Assembly: GCA_036172245.1 (NCBI GenBank)
Contig: JAYWIR010000042.1
Span: 62,001-126,000 of the forward strand
Source: Raillietiella orientalis
Lineage: Eukaryota
Direction of reading: 5' to 3'
Length of the DNA: 64,000 nucleotides
How positions within the stretch are numbered: the stretch's first letter is position 1; each line of letters begins with the position of its first letter. Under the pieces are notes generated by a model that did not search any database, had not been told where the DNA came from, and saw nothing but the letters and a program-made list of their open reading frames with translations. Made by a program: the position numbers and the translations under genes. Of the stretch, positions 37,801 to 47,579 are shown piece by piece.

Positions 37801-40800
37801 AGCAGGTCTCGTGCAGACTTCGGTCAGCGAGAGAAGTCAGGTGGAGACCGTGTTCGGCCATCGTGGATTTTGTTCGAGGTACGGACCGAACCGATTAGTG
37901 TTGCGCCTACTCCATAGATGGCGGAATCAGCGTCGTACACGCCATGGAATAGTGGAAGCCGTGTTGTTGGAAAGATGCGCCTTCACCCTGCAAACGCAAA
38001 TCGCCAGAGGCAAAGGAAGAAAAACAAGCAAGAAAACAGGGGAGAGAGACGACCGGAATGGATTGGAGGGCTGGAAGTGGGGAGGGAAGTACTAGGAGAA
38101 ACAAAAAGCGAAATTTCGGGAGGTCGAGAAAGTACGGGCTGTTGCGCAAACGACGCCAAGGATTCACTGCGGTACGAAGCCTCCCTCGTGAGGAGCAGAG
38201 CGTCTGACCAGAGGCTCAGCGCAAGGAGTATCAAAACCAGATCGACAGAGCAAATCTATCGGAAGCACTTGCAAGCGGATGGAAAATCAGAGATTGCCAG
38301 CATCCATTCCTGTTAATCGGGACAGATGGGGAGGCTGGAGCGCGTAAGAAAATCGATAGCGGCGGGATATTTCCCGATCAGAGCCATTTTTAGGGAGCGG
38401 GGACTCACCCCGGGCGTCAGGTGGAGCAGCAGAGCTCCCAGCTTCCAGCGAGCCGTGCGGATACCGCCGGGGATTAACGGCGAAGTCCTGTACAAAGGCC
38501 GTTACTAGCTCACTCTCAACGGAACCGAGCTGCGTCCGTTTCCTAAGAAACCCGAAGGTGATAACTCATCTTCCCTAACAAGTAGTGTCCGGGTTTGGCT
38601 TGGCTTCCGGAGCTGGATTCGAGTGCGGAGTGTGCCTTTGGGAAACCCCCGGCTGCTGACCTCGGACGTCCCTGCTGTGACCGCGCGCGCCATGTTTCTC
38701 CGCATTGCGCCTTCTGAAGGAAGGGCCCTGGGAACAGCTCCGGTGCCCAACGAAAAGGGCTGCTCATTCGCGACGAGGGGCGACTCCTCTTGAGGTTAGG
38801 TTGGTGCTCTGGGAGGCCCCCTGAAGGCAACAGCACTGCCAGGTCGAGAGCGGGAAACCGCTCGCCAATCTCTTCGACTTTCCGCTTCCATAGGTACAGA
38901 GACGCGCGCGCGCGCGCGCGTGCGGACCGGAGACGGGAAGACGGGGGAACAGAGGGGAGGACGGGGGAGAGAAACTGCGCGCGGGACAGCACTCTGGCGG
39001 GATCAAGCGTCGACGGTAGAAACTCGGGTCACGGCCGAAGGAGTGGGAAGCGGGTGGGAAAGGCAGAAGGCAGGGGCACGCGCCGAAAGCCCTAAGGCTC
39101 CAGGTGGGACGGAGTGGTGTCAAGAAGGGGAAAGACGACCCTTCCCTGAGGCGGAAACGGGAAAGAAACGGGTGGAAGTGAAAAGGCAGAGGTGTTGCAG
39201 TGACCTTGAACTGTCCCAAGTTCTTCACGACGCACGGGATGACGACGTTTCTTCCCAGGGGGACGGTGACATTCGGGATCGTTCCCACGAACTCCGGAAT
39301 GCTTTCCTGGAGGGACCCTGGAATGAAACGTTCGTTTTTCCCTTTTTCCCTCTTTTTGGTGGAGTCGCCGCTCCGGCGGCAGCTGCGCGCTGGGATCCGA
39401 GCTCACGGAGGGGGAGGAGGCGGGAAAGGGAAGGGAAGAGCGCAGAGGAAGGGGAAAGGGAGAAAGCAGAAAGGAGAACGCTGAGGTCTTCCTCTGCTTT
39501 TGGAGGGAGTGATGCCTTAGGGGATGTCAAGGGCGAGCGGCAGCAGTCACAATGCCCTCCAGGGATTGCCCGAGGGGACGTCTTTGAAAAACGGAGCCTC
39601 CGTTCGGCGTGCACTTCCCTGGCCACATGCCTTAGACGCCTGTCTGGCCTCTGAGGGCAGTCAACTCCGGGTGCTTCTGCCGAGCCTGGATGCCCTCAGG
39701 AACTCCTCTCTTTCTACTCTCGACGGCGCAGGAGACACGAAGAAGGATCGCGAAAGTAACTGGTAGGGGTGATGCCCCCACCACCACCTCCGGAATGGAG
39801 GACACCGTGGCACTATCCTCCCCGGTTCCCATGAGCTTTCCCTGGTCACCGAGCAGGGAGTGACTCCGGTCCTTTCATCATCCGCCGGAAGAGTTCGAGA
39901 GGTGGGGCTGCACCCCCATGTGCTGATCCTGAGGCAGAACTCGGGAGGGATGCTGTGGGAGGAGGATGGCAGGGGTCGATTGAAGGAGACTCATCACCCC
40001 TCAACCCGCAGGGATCCCCGCTCGCCCGATCGACAGAGCAGCAGTCCAGCTGACTGCTGCTTCCCTTTTCCTTCTGCTCAGCTGTCCTTCGAGCTTCCTT
40101 GAAGGCTTTTGCTGCAGCAGTAAAGCCCTCAAGGATACCTCCAGCAGGGCCACTGTTGAGGGACGCTCCTGCAGGCTTCCTCGCTCCCCACCTTCATGCA
40201 AACTTCCCTGAGAACTTCCCGTTCCTGCTGCTGTGCGAGGGGACGTCCCTTCCTGGAAGGATACGCCGCGGTTGCCAAACATACGGTAGCGAGGGAGCGA
40301 CGCTTGCGTTGCGTCGCCGCTTCCAGAAACCCTTGGCAATCCTGCGAAGGAGGGGAGAGCGCTCACACCTCTCTCCGGAAGAACGGCGCACAGCAAGCCG
40401 TTCCCCAGATTATATCCAGCTCCCACCCTGGGGGAGAATGGAGCTCTACGGCGGCGGGTCGCATGCACACGATCACCCACGCAGTCGCCTCCAACCGTCT
40501 GACAGCGGCGGCGATTCGGCAGCTCACTGAAACTCGGAAGAACTTTCCGTTGAGACCCGTCCAAAAGTGAACTGAAGAGGTGCTTCCTGGGAAGGGTATC
40601 TTCCTGTTCCTTTCCTCCCACTTTTCCTCCACCTTTCTTCCTTTCCTCCTCCTCCTCCTCTTTCTCCCTTTCTCCTCGACTCCTTCCAATGTTGCTCTCC
40701 CCGATCCCCTACGCATGCGCGAGGGAAGAGGGACTTAAGAAGGAGACCGGAGGCTGCAAGAGACCAAAAACCAATCAGCAGGTGATCCCCTTTTTATTTT

Positions 40801-42865
40801 CCTGCAGCAAAGGGTAAGAGCGACAGGACTAGAAAGAACTCTGACCCTCTCTCTCTCTCCCGAGCATCTTTCTCTCTCCCTCTCTTCCCCTCCGGGAGAG
40901 AGCCAGAAACTCCCTCCCGGACCTGTTGCGCAATCTCAGCTTTTTCCATTGGGCTGCGTAGGCCGTCTGATGGGATCTGTCTCTTCGGCCGTCGGTCAGA
41001 AACTCGAGGGGGTCACCTGGGTCCCGGACGTCAAGGGGCTGCTTAGGGAGCGAGTCAGCTCCCAGAACCACGCCGCTGCCCCCGTTTGCTTCCCTCCCTG
41101 CCCACCGCAGGTTCAACTTTCTCGATTCCAAAAGGAGGAGGGGAGGTCTTCCCATCCTCCTCTCCTCCTTTCGACGCTGCAGAGATGGGGGTCCGCATTG
41201 CGTCTCTCTCTCCCTCCTCGCGTCGCTAGGTGCCCTTGCGATCCTCGGGCGGCTGTGGGCGGAAGGCAGGAGATCGGCGGCGTGGACCTTCGTGGGGTCT
41301 TCCTGGGACACTTCCGGGAAGCTCCTTGGCGATCAGTGAAGGGCGGGATCGGCCTAAGAGTCTCGCAGCCGTCGCCGGACGCATGCTCTGCAGCTATCTT
41401 ACTCGGCGAGGAGAGAGGAAAGGGCGTAGGAGGAGCACGGTCTGAGGAAGATGGGGAAAAGCTCGGGGCTATGGGTGGCTCTGCGTACCGCCCGCGAGCT
41501 CGGTGGAGTGGGTGCAGCTTCTCTTCTGCCATAGACGCTTCTTGTCGGGGAGGAGACTGCGGGGGAGGGAAGGGGAGTAGTTGACTACGGAGTAGTTGAC
41601 TTCGGAATGGAGCGGAAATCTTCTGGATCTTCAATGTCTCTTGGGATGCCAGTCGGGGGAGGCGGCCTCCGCCTGCGTCTCCTCCTGGCTCGTCCCCTCT
41701 GCTTCTTGGCTCGCTCTCTCGCTTTCCCACCGGCTCCCGGGACGGCCGATCCTTCCTTCCCCGGAGCGGGAAGGGTGAGGGAGTTTCCCTCCTCATTCGA
41801 CCTCTCTTTTCTCCTGTTCAGAGAGTAAGGAAAGCCCTATTCCTTTGTTTCCCGCACACAGGTTAGAAAGGAGGGATGGAAGAAATGCAACATCCGGGAA
41901 ACGCGGATAACCGGCCTGTGATCCTCACCTTCCTTCTCTGCCCACGCACCGTCGTAGGCTGTAGTGAGGCAGGAAGTGACAGGGACCAAACTCCAGCAGC
42001 TCGTCGGCGGGAGCTGCTCTCGTTGCCCTGGGAAACCGCCTCTGCCGCCCTGCAAACGTGATCGGGCGCTGTCGAGCCGCTGGCTCGTTCCAGGATGCTG
42101 CTTGCGCCTGCGAGAGGACGCAGAGAGCTTTCCCGAGGGAGGAAGGGGATGGAGAGCACGAAGAGGAGGACATCCTCGCGCGGATGCAGCCTGGCAGCTT
42201 CCCTCGGGGGATTCGCTCCCCCCTTCCGCTTCCAGGCTGCCGCGCTCGCACGTTCTGCTCCCTCCTGCCGTCCTACCCGCCACTCCCGCTTCCTCTTCCC
42301 GGAGGCGGGAAGGGAAGGGGTGCGCTCCTGTGTTTTCCCTTTTTCCAAGAGGGCTGTCGTCGGCTGTGCACTACGGAGGGCTCCGAGGGTCGCTGCCAGC
42401 GAGCCTCCAAGCACCATGCGAGGTCTCATGGAGGAGGGAAGGGAGAGGAAGAGCTCTGGGACAGTTCCAGTGAACTAAGGAAATCGGGGCCGCGTGAGCA
42501 AGGAGGATCTGTCCCTGGGATGCGAGGGGGGTGAGGGGGAAGGGCAAGGCGGCTTCGTCTCACCCCGCTCAGAAGAAGTCCGAGGCAGGCGCACCTTCTC
42601 GCTTCCCGCTAACCCTCCGAGGACGCGGAGGATTCAGGGAGTTCGGGATGGGTGGCTCCCCCTGATCCTTGCACGACTCGCCTTCCCCATTCTCGCATCC
42701 CTTCTCCTCCCCACGTGTCTTCCTCTTTGGCCCGAGAAGCCCCGCGGACTCACCTTCGGGACGCGCCTCCTCCGAGGGGCGAACCAGGGAGGCGGCCAGT
42801 AGAGCGAAGGCGAAGGCTAGCCGGAGCATCTCACGGAGCGTCGCCCGAGGCGACCGGGGCCCCAT
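5440..42865 (-). CDS. DIP-gamma: DIP-gamma-like / lachesin-family three-Ig GPI-anchored cell adhesion protein, full spliced gene (9 coding exons, 462 aa)
   Basis: Exon lengths 112+113+208+171+114+139+152+222+158 = 1389 nt, with matching phases (1,0,1,1,1,2,1,1) and no internal stop. Motifs VGW, GCYMCQINTS..KSQIGCLDV and MGAYLCIASNDVPPAVSKRVQLSVAFAP match the DIP-gamma subfamily as I recall it. Orthology is not tested, so read the symbol as '-like'. Confidence 0.9.
6300..7800 (-). mobile_element. Decayed LINE ORF2 C-terminal remnant in intron 8
   Basis: GISL and LSFRSEGK post-RT-like segments, plus CRPCRGEVENID/IFAAC (frameshifted C-terminal Cys/His motif). Confidence 0.35.
7933..8154 (-). 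CDS. DIP-like exon 8 (Thr/Ser-rich stalk)
   Basis: Acceptor cttgcag|; encodes (E)IITTTIMTTTTTTVRVTTTIASTGTASTSWAAPSVESPASFPSLMTTEAVALATIRKESLLERKGQDLSTFST; donor A|GTAAGA. Confidence 0.85.
8231..8382 (-). CDS. DIP-like exon 7 (Ig3 C-half)
   Basis: Long pyrimidine tract and ttcttag|; encodes (S)EKYAVAEKASGATSVISELTISNLVHSDFGYYECRTNNSEGRNSSRILVY with the D-x-G-x-Y-x-C motif; donor G|GCAAGT (GC donor). Confidence 0.92.
10388..10526 (-). CDS. DIP-like exon 6 (Ig3 N-half)
   Basis: Acceptor ccgccag|; encodes (F)APAVFPEDPERGASLGAFAVLTCRGEGHPRPSVSWARNNSRIEET with the Ig B-strand Cys and C-strand Trp; donor AG|GTACGG, phase 2. Not in the supplied ORF track. Confidence 0.92.
11050..11700 (-). mobile_element. 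APE-like remnant in intron 5
   Basis: GESRLDRLL (SRLDR motif) followed by DAPPV and FWHPWNSIL (WKLN.SLL-like). Confidence 0.35.
11846..11959 (-). CDS. DIP-like exon 5 (Ig2 C-half)
   Basis: Acceptor ctgttcag|; encodes (G)ASLVFADVSRRDMGAYLCIASNDVPPAVSKRVQLSVA; donor T|GTAAGA. Confidence 0.96.
14044..14214 (-). CDS. DIP-like exon 4 (Ig2 N-half)
   Basis: Acceptor cttgcag|; encodes (I)PPDIVNNGSSHDLIVKEHDNVTLVCEARGYPSPEIEWSREDLRPILLNGKETLRFK; donor G|GTAGGT. Confidence 0.96.
15150..16470 (-). mobile_element. Possible hAT-like fossil
   Basis: HDGTCSNV...MLNLLI and ILSRIATIAL; very degenerate. Confidence 0.25.
16631..16677. repeat. Inverted repeat with perfect 17-bp arms
   Basis: CACCTAACACTGGCACA ... 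TGTGCCAGTGTTAGGTG, with a further CCCT/AGGG pair inside the 13-nt loop. Confidence 0.9.
18050..18850 (-). mobile_element. hAT-like transposase fossil
   Basis: TNGGSNVK (TD.ASN-like), HVCNL (CxxH..NL-like), TPWNN (TRWNS-like), DYW and MPAT (dimerisation domain-like) in order. Confidence 0.4.
19800..21400 (-). mobile_element. Possible hAT-like fossil
   Basis: VFVFC, WKDS, HCFVWH and CHTR segments in hAT order; AT-rich and very degenerate. Confidence 0.25.
22395..23690 (+). mobile_element. 5'-truncated Tx1-like element, same 3' UTR subtype as E3
   Basis: EKYPGV (KYLGV-like) near 22420. 23410-23690 resembles 53660-53975 (caagatggc...tggaac...aaaggatgcagaggacgc; ccggtccgcgtgccgg; ctgtatgttta; AATAAA plus hairpin). 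Confidence 0.75.
25777..25810. repeat. (CT)n microsatellite
   Basis: Seen directly in the sequence. Confidence 0.95.
26328..26506. repeat. 47-bp-period minisatellite, about 4 copies
   Basis: Core ATTCCTGATGGGGAGGGAATCAACCGAGGGAGA starts at 26332, 26379, 26426 and 26473. Confidence 0.95.
27375..27447 (+). pseudogene. tRNA-derived sequence (SINE head or tRNA pseudogene)
   Basis: A-box TGGTCGTGTGG (27382-27392) and B-box GGTTCGAATCC (27429-27439) at tRNA spacing. The acceptor and anticodon stems do not pair properly. Confidence 0.55.
27460..27960 (-). mobile_element. Decayed RT-like remnant
   Basis: RTPRGGF (K.PG.DG-like), GKFHPHNWKETS (NWRPIS-like) and LSRGIR (RGIRQG-like) in order. Confidence 0.35.
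28500..31300 (+). mobile_element. Decayed Tx1-like element (ORF1-like, APE-like and RT-like remnants)
   Basis: Degenerate motifs in the expected order across frames: FDGQ (ORF1 YxGQ-like), PDLVFAREVH, WYKQLRLDPSLL, DGEK, VKGSDP, EEVLQDVGIP. Confidence 0.45.
33210..33417 (-). CDS. DIP-like exon 3 (Ig1 C-half)
   Basis: Acceptor tttcag|; encodes VGWIKVETQTILSMGSKVVSDATRISIIHDEYRMWKLHIRQTKVEDKGCYMCQINTSKLKSQIGCLDVF; donor A|GTGAGT. Confidence 0.96.
36400..37600 (-). mobile_element. Possible hAT-like fossil in intron 2
   Basis: SVASDET, SVSTDTES and RNFEMLLR segments in DDE order. Confidence 0.3.
38902..38924. repeat. (CG)9 alternating purine-pyrimidine tract
   Basis: acgcgcgcgcgcgcgcgcgtgcg. 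Confidence 0.95.
39205..39317 (-). CDS. DIP-like exon 2 (Ig1 N-half)
   Basis: Acceptor ttccag|; encodes (G)SLQESIPEFVGTIPNVTVPLGRNVVIPCVVKNLGQFK; donor AAG|GTCACT, phase 0. Confidence 0.92.
39600..42450 (-). mobile_element. Decayed Tx1-like ORF2 remnant in intron 1
   Basis: Degenerate RALHP...ARSRL (APE), LRPIPPFTD (RT RPISL-like) and LEFL motifs in order; heavily frameshifted. Confidence 0.35.
42754..42865 (-). CDS. DIP-like exon 1 (signal peptide)
   Basis: Encodes MGPRSPRATLREMLRLAFAFALLAASLVRPSEEARPE with a hydrophobic core. Strong donor G|GTGAGT in phase 1 joins exon 2 in frame. A second in-frame ATG lies at 42829. Confidence 0.8.
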
Positions 42866-43199
42866 GTCCCCGCGCGGCTCTTCACTTCTGGAGCGGCGCT
42901 CCTCTCCGGGGCAATGCCCGCCCGCGCGGATTCGAATCCCCCATCTCCCTCGCCGTGGACAGGCGCGCGACCACACTTTTCCGGGGTCCCTTCAGCCACC
43001 GAAAGAGTTCCGTGAAGCGCAGGTCCACATCCCACGCGGATGCTGTGCAGCACTGGAGCAACCCGCTTCCGGGGAGGCTTCTTATAGTCGGCTGCGGGCA
43101 CGCGCAGGCGTCGCCCCAGAGAGGTTCAGGGAGGAGCCCGTCCGAGGCTTGCCTCAGCATCCCGCCTGCGGTGAGAAAGAAGAAAACAACGGAGGAGAG

Positions 43200-43860
43200 C
43201 TCTCCTCTCCTTCTCCAGGGGTGGTGCAACGGACTCTTTTAGGGAACCTTGGGTAGCGGAGGATGGGTTGGTCCCAGGCTCGAGAGTGACCTCCGTCCCG
43301 CGAGGTCCAAAGGTGAGGATCTGCTGTCTCCCTGGAGATGCCAGCCCTCGTCCTGGCGACGGCCTCCTTCCCTTCGGAAGAGTCGCAAGGGTTCCCAAGA
43401 ACTTGGGCGCCGTGGGAGGGAAGGCTGAAAACCTCCGGCGTTTTTCTCGGCAGCGGGACGCAGGTCAGGGAGGATCTCTCCCCAGGGAAGAGATGGAAGC
43501 GCTGCTCTTCCTCCCGCACTCCTGAACTCCCCGCGCCCCCATAATGGAGCAGGATAGAAAGAGAGCTCTCTTGCTGATCCCTGCCTTCTTTGCAGAAACC
43601 AGCCTCCCCCGACGAAGGGGAGGCCACACCGACGTACCCACATCCGAGCCCTGGAGGGAGGGTCTTTTCCAGCGTTTTGTCGGAGGTCATCTCGCCAGGT
43701 GACCATAAGGAGACCGGGGGTTCCGAGTTTTCCTGCACAAGGCAAGCAAGCAGCACCCTTGTTTTTGGGCTCCAGGACCATTAGCTCCACCTGTGATTCT
43801 CTTGCCTCCATGACTGATGCGACGTGCCTTTCCTGATTCCTCACCCTCTCGAGGGGAAGT
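43200..43860 (-). mobile_element. APE endonuclease-like remnant just upstream of DIP exon 1
   Basis: RNQERHVASVMEARESQVELMVLEPK resembles an APE N-terminus; GVA and YPAP-like motifs follow. Confidence 0.35.
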
Positions 43861-45499
43861 TCTCCTGGCTGTTCCTCTTCACCTGCTCTTCACGGTCCAC
43901 TCTGCCACGCTCCCGAACTTTGTCTGGACCGCTCTGCCACCCTGGCACGTCACCGGCGATCCGTCTTCCGTGAGGCCCGGGAGCCCTCGTTGAGTTTCCC
44001 GAATCCTATTCTTTAGCGGGACTCTTCCAGGTCTCTTGTCCCTGCCTGCTGCCCTTCCTCGGAATCTCAGGAGTGCTGTTTGCTTCCTTCTTCTCTCCTT
44101 ACTTTCGTGCCTCGGAACGCTTCGTCTCTTGTGAGGACATTTGGGCATCGCCCCCTTTCCCCCTACTTCTTCTCGATGGCCTCCAAGTCACTGTAACCTC
44201 CTTGCCACCCCAAGGCGAACGAGGAGGCGAGCATATTGCCGGGAGGAGAAACCTTCTGGCCTAAGGTCAGCTGGACTCTAGAGGTGCAGCTGCGGTCCAC
44301 ACAAGGACTCCCAGCGAGGTGCTTAGCATACAGAGATAGGGACGACCCCCGGCTGTCTATACTGATGCCCAAGTGGTGTCTCTAGGCAGGCTTGGGGGAT
44401 TGCAATCCTCCGTGGAGCCGGTGATCACCCAGATGCAACTTCGGAGTCCTGCGGTCCCGAGTTTCCTGCAGGTAAGGACGCTGAAGACCTCGCGAGGCCG
44501 CTCCTAAGAGAAGCTCCAGCCAGGCTCGGAAACTAACGCGATCGCTTCCTGATGCGTCTTTGGCGTCCAGTCTCGACGCCGACATCCTCCCTTGCCACGC
44601 AAAGCAACGCGCGCGCGCACGCGCTGGCGCTGGATGCAGGGAGGCGCGCCCCGCACCCGAGGGAGGAGGTTCGCTCCCTTCAGAGCCGCGTACAACAGCC
44701 CGGAAGCTGCTCCGCTAGGCGATCCTTCGCATCCTCTCTCGCCGATGGAAAGTATCAGCTCGTTCCCGGCTGCGCCAAGCGCCGGGCGGGCTGCGACTTG
44801 GTGCCATCGAATGCGCATCCACTCGAGGGAAGCGGCGGCGTGCCAGGATGGCAGAATCCCCGATTTCCCTGAATGTGGTAGGAACCGAAGAGCGTCCGGG
44901 ATATCACCGGGACAGGGGGGGTTCGTGAGTGGGACAATGAAACGGGTGGGTCGCCTTGTGTCGGTTCCCTGGGAAGCCAGGGAGTGTCGTCACCAGGACT
45001 CAGCGCTCCCGTTTCGTCTGCGGCGAAAATCGGTCTGGAAAGGGGAAAAACAGATGAGCGTTCGCCTAATGATTGATCGCTCCCTCTCTCTCCCGACTTC
45101 CGGGAAAGCCTGAAAGCCGGCGGGACCTCGGATGCTGGCTCTCCGGACTCATCCATATTCAAATGCCGTTAAAAATTCAGCGGCGCGCTCCCGTCCCTTT
45201 GCCCATCAGGATGGAAGGCGAATCTCTGTCTCGGCCTCGCCTTCGCTCTCTATGTCCTCCCCTGCCCATTTGCATCCACCTATCGCCCCAGCGGATTCGC
45301 CATTCCTCCAGGATTTCTTGCTTCCTCTTTCTTTGTTTTCTTCTCGAAACATCTCGGCACTCTCTCCGGGAATGCAGTCCGGAAGCCCTGCGTGTCCAGG
45401 GAAATGCGGAAGGCGGAGAGATCGCTCCACGCCCCGGTCGCTGGATGACAAAAGAGCACTTTTGAAATCCTGCAGAAAGCTTGATCTCTCGCTCCCTCG

Positions 45500-47270
45500 A
45501 TCGCATCTGCATCCGTCTACCGGCAGCAGCGCGCCCAGGGATCCACCTACGCCCTCCACTCGGAAATTTGGCATTCCCCGGGAAACGATGGATAGAGCAC
45601 CTCTTCTTCCAGGAGACCGCGCTTATTCATCCCGTCATCCCTACTTCGTTTCTAATTTCCCTCAGCGGCTACCGAAAAAATATTCCCCCCTTCCCCCGTT
45701 GTCCCCCTTTTCTCCTGTGTCTTCTCTCGAGGGTGCATCGAAAGACACCGAGGATCTCCCCCCCGCCATTCGAGGTCATGTTACATGGCCTTCTCCTCTT
45801 CCTGGCCTCCTTACCCTTCCCCCCCCCCGAGGTATACTGACACATTCGCCTTCCCGAGACTTCCGTCCTTCTCGCCCCGTGTGGGCAGCTGCGACTTCGG
45901 AAGGAACCGAAGCGGTCGTCTTCCAGAAACTCGGTCTCCTGGCTTCGAAGCCGTCTCCAAGGGACAGAAGAATCGGCCCGTTCTGGTGGAAGTAAGCGAC
46001 GGGATGTCTGGATACGAAGAGAAGGAAAAAAAGCGAGGAAAGAACTCCTTCCCCGACCGAGAATCATGGCTGCCTGCGTCAAGTAAGAGGTTCCGGGGAA
46101 ATGCAGTCCAGAGCACTGACCGACGGGAAGGAAACCGTCTTGTGCTTTCTCCGGCCATAGGAAGAACAAGCGACTCACCCTGACGAGGTTCCAGAGGAAG
46201 CGAGGCCTCCCTGAGGATGGAGGATGCCCCGGCCGCCTCAGGGAAAGTACCGCCGGTAGGAAAAGGAGCGGCTTCCAGGTTCCCGCTTGAGCTTCTCCTG
46301 CTGCTTCCCATCGGGAGGTCCTGGCGATGGGGATATGCGGCTCCTCCCTATTCTTCCCGTCGTAGGCAAGACGTCGGAGGGTGCTGCGCCGTGCGAGAGG
46401 AGGGTCCCGATGGGGGACGCGAAGGCAACAGTGATCTCTCCTAGAAGAAAGGCCTTTTGGACGCGCTCTCGTTCCTCCGAGAACCATTTCTCGGAGACTT
46501 CCTCGGGTCGCGCACTCCCTGCTTCGTCCTGAGGGGGGAGGCGCAACTCGGAGAACTGAGGCGCTTCTTGGCTCTTCCTTTCTTCTTCCTCTTCCCGCCT
46601 CCTTGCTCCCTTTCCGTTTATCCAGAGCATCCTCGAAGATGCCGTTTTGGAGGAAGAGGCTCCCACGCGGGCATGCTCTCGCGCTCAATCCTGCAAACGA
46701 CCCTGGGTCTCCTCCCACGGGTCGTTCCTCCCCTTCGCGCCCGGAGGCAATCGAGGAGGGAAGCGTGAGAAGGAGAGGAGACGCCATTTTTCTTCCTCGA
46801 GAGGGGGATGGGAACAGTCGCCTGCTTTTGAAGAGGAAGGGGCCCTTCTGGTGGTCGGCGACAGCAGGAGGTCTCCGGGAAACGAACGCGCCGAGGGCGA
46901 GCCCGGAGAGGCCGTTCCGCTCCATGCCTCCGGAACAGGGATGCGCGTTTCCGGAGGGGGACTCCCCCCCCTTCGTGGCTCCGAAATTTCTTTCCTTCGT
47001 GGAAAAATCGCTTGACGCGCGCGGACGGCCGCAGACAAAGCCCCGCTCGCCGTAAGGGGCGGGCAGACTGTGCGGGAAAGGGAAGTGGGGGAGAAATTGG
47101 GGAATATCCTTGCTCGGAGGAGAGACTTCCTGAAAGGCGACCCCTTCGCCAGCACGTGCCGTACTCAGAGTTGCACCCACGCGGGGGACGGAGGCCGTGA
47201 CGCTGGGAGAGCAGAGCAGGGAGGAAGAACGGGGACTCTGGAGGGAGACCACGGAATTTTGTTCCGGAGC
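45500..47270 (-). mobile_element. Decayed Tx1-like ORF2 remnant
   Basis: Degenerate GVAFQEV, ADH, AQDGFLP, KPGD and EILGVF motifs in APE-to-RT order, partly inside the 527-aa ORF 45669..47252. Confidence 0.4.
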
Positions 47271-47579
47271 CCCCCCACGTCAAGATGGAAGGGAAGGGTG
47301 GCTGATCAAGGGAGCCACCGAAAGGCTGCCATGGCTCCCTTGACAGAGGAGGAGGACTCGCTTCCGAAAGCGAGGGTGCGACGGGCATCAGGACATGGGA
47401 CTCTTCGACAGAGAAAGTCCCACTCTTCGACGAGGATGAAGACATAGACGGGGTAGAGGCGGCCTAGGTGCCCGAGTTTCCCGTCCAGCCTAACTGCATC
47501 CCTCCCACTCAGGTGGCGGGAGCCGCAGAGTTACTTTCCAGCCTTCATTCCAAGAATCGCTGTCTCGCCGCCGTCTGCG

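Noticed and set aside
45669..47252. 527-aa ORF as a host gene
   Set aside because: Low-complexity Arg/Pro/Ser/Gly composition in GC-rich DNA, with only scattered TE-like motifs and no coherent domain.
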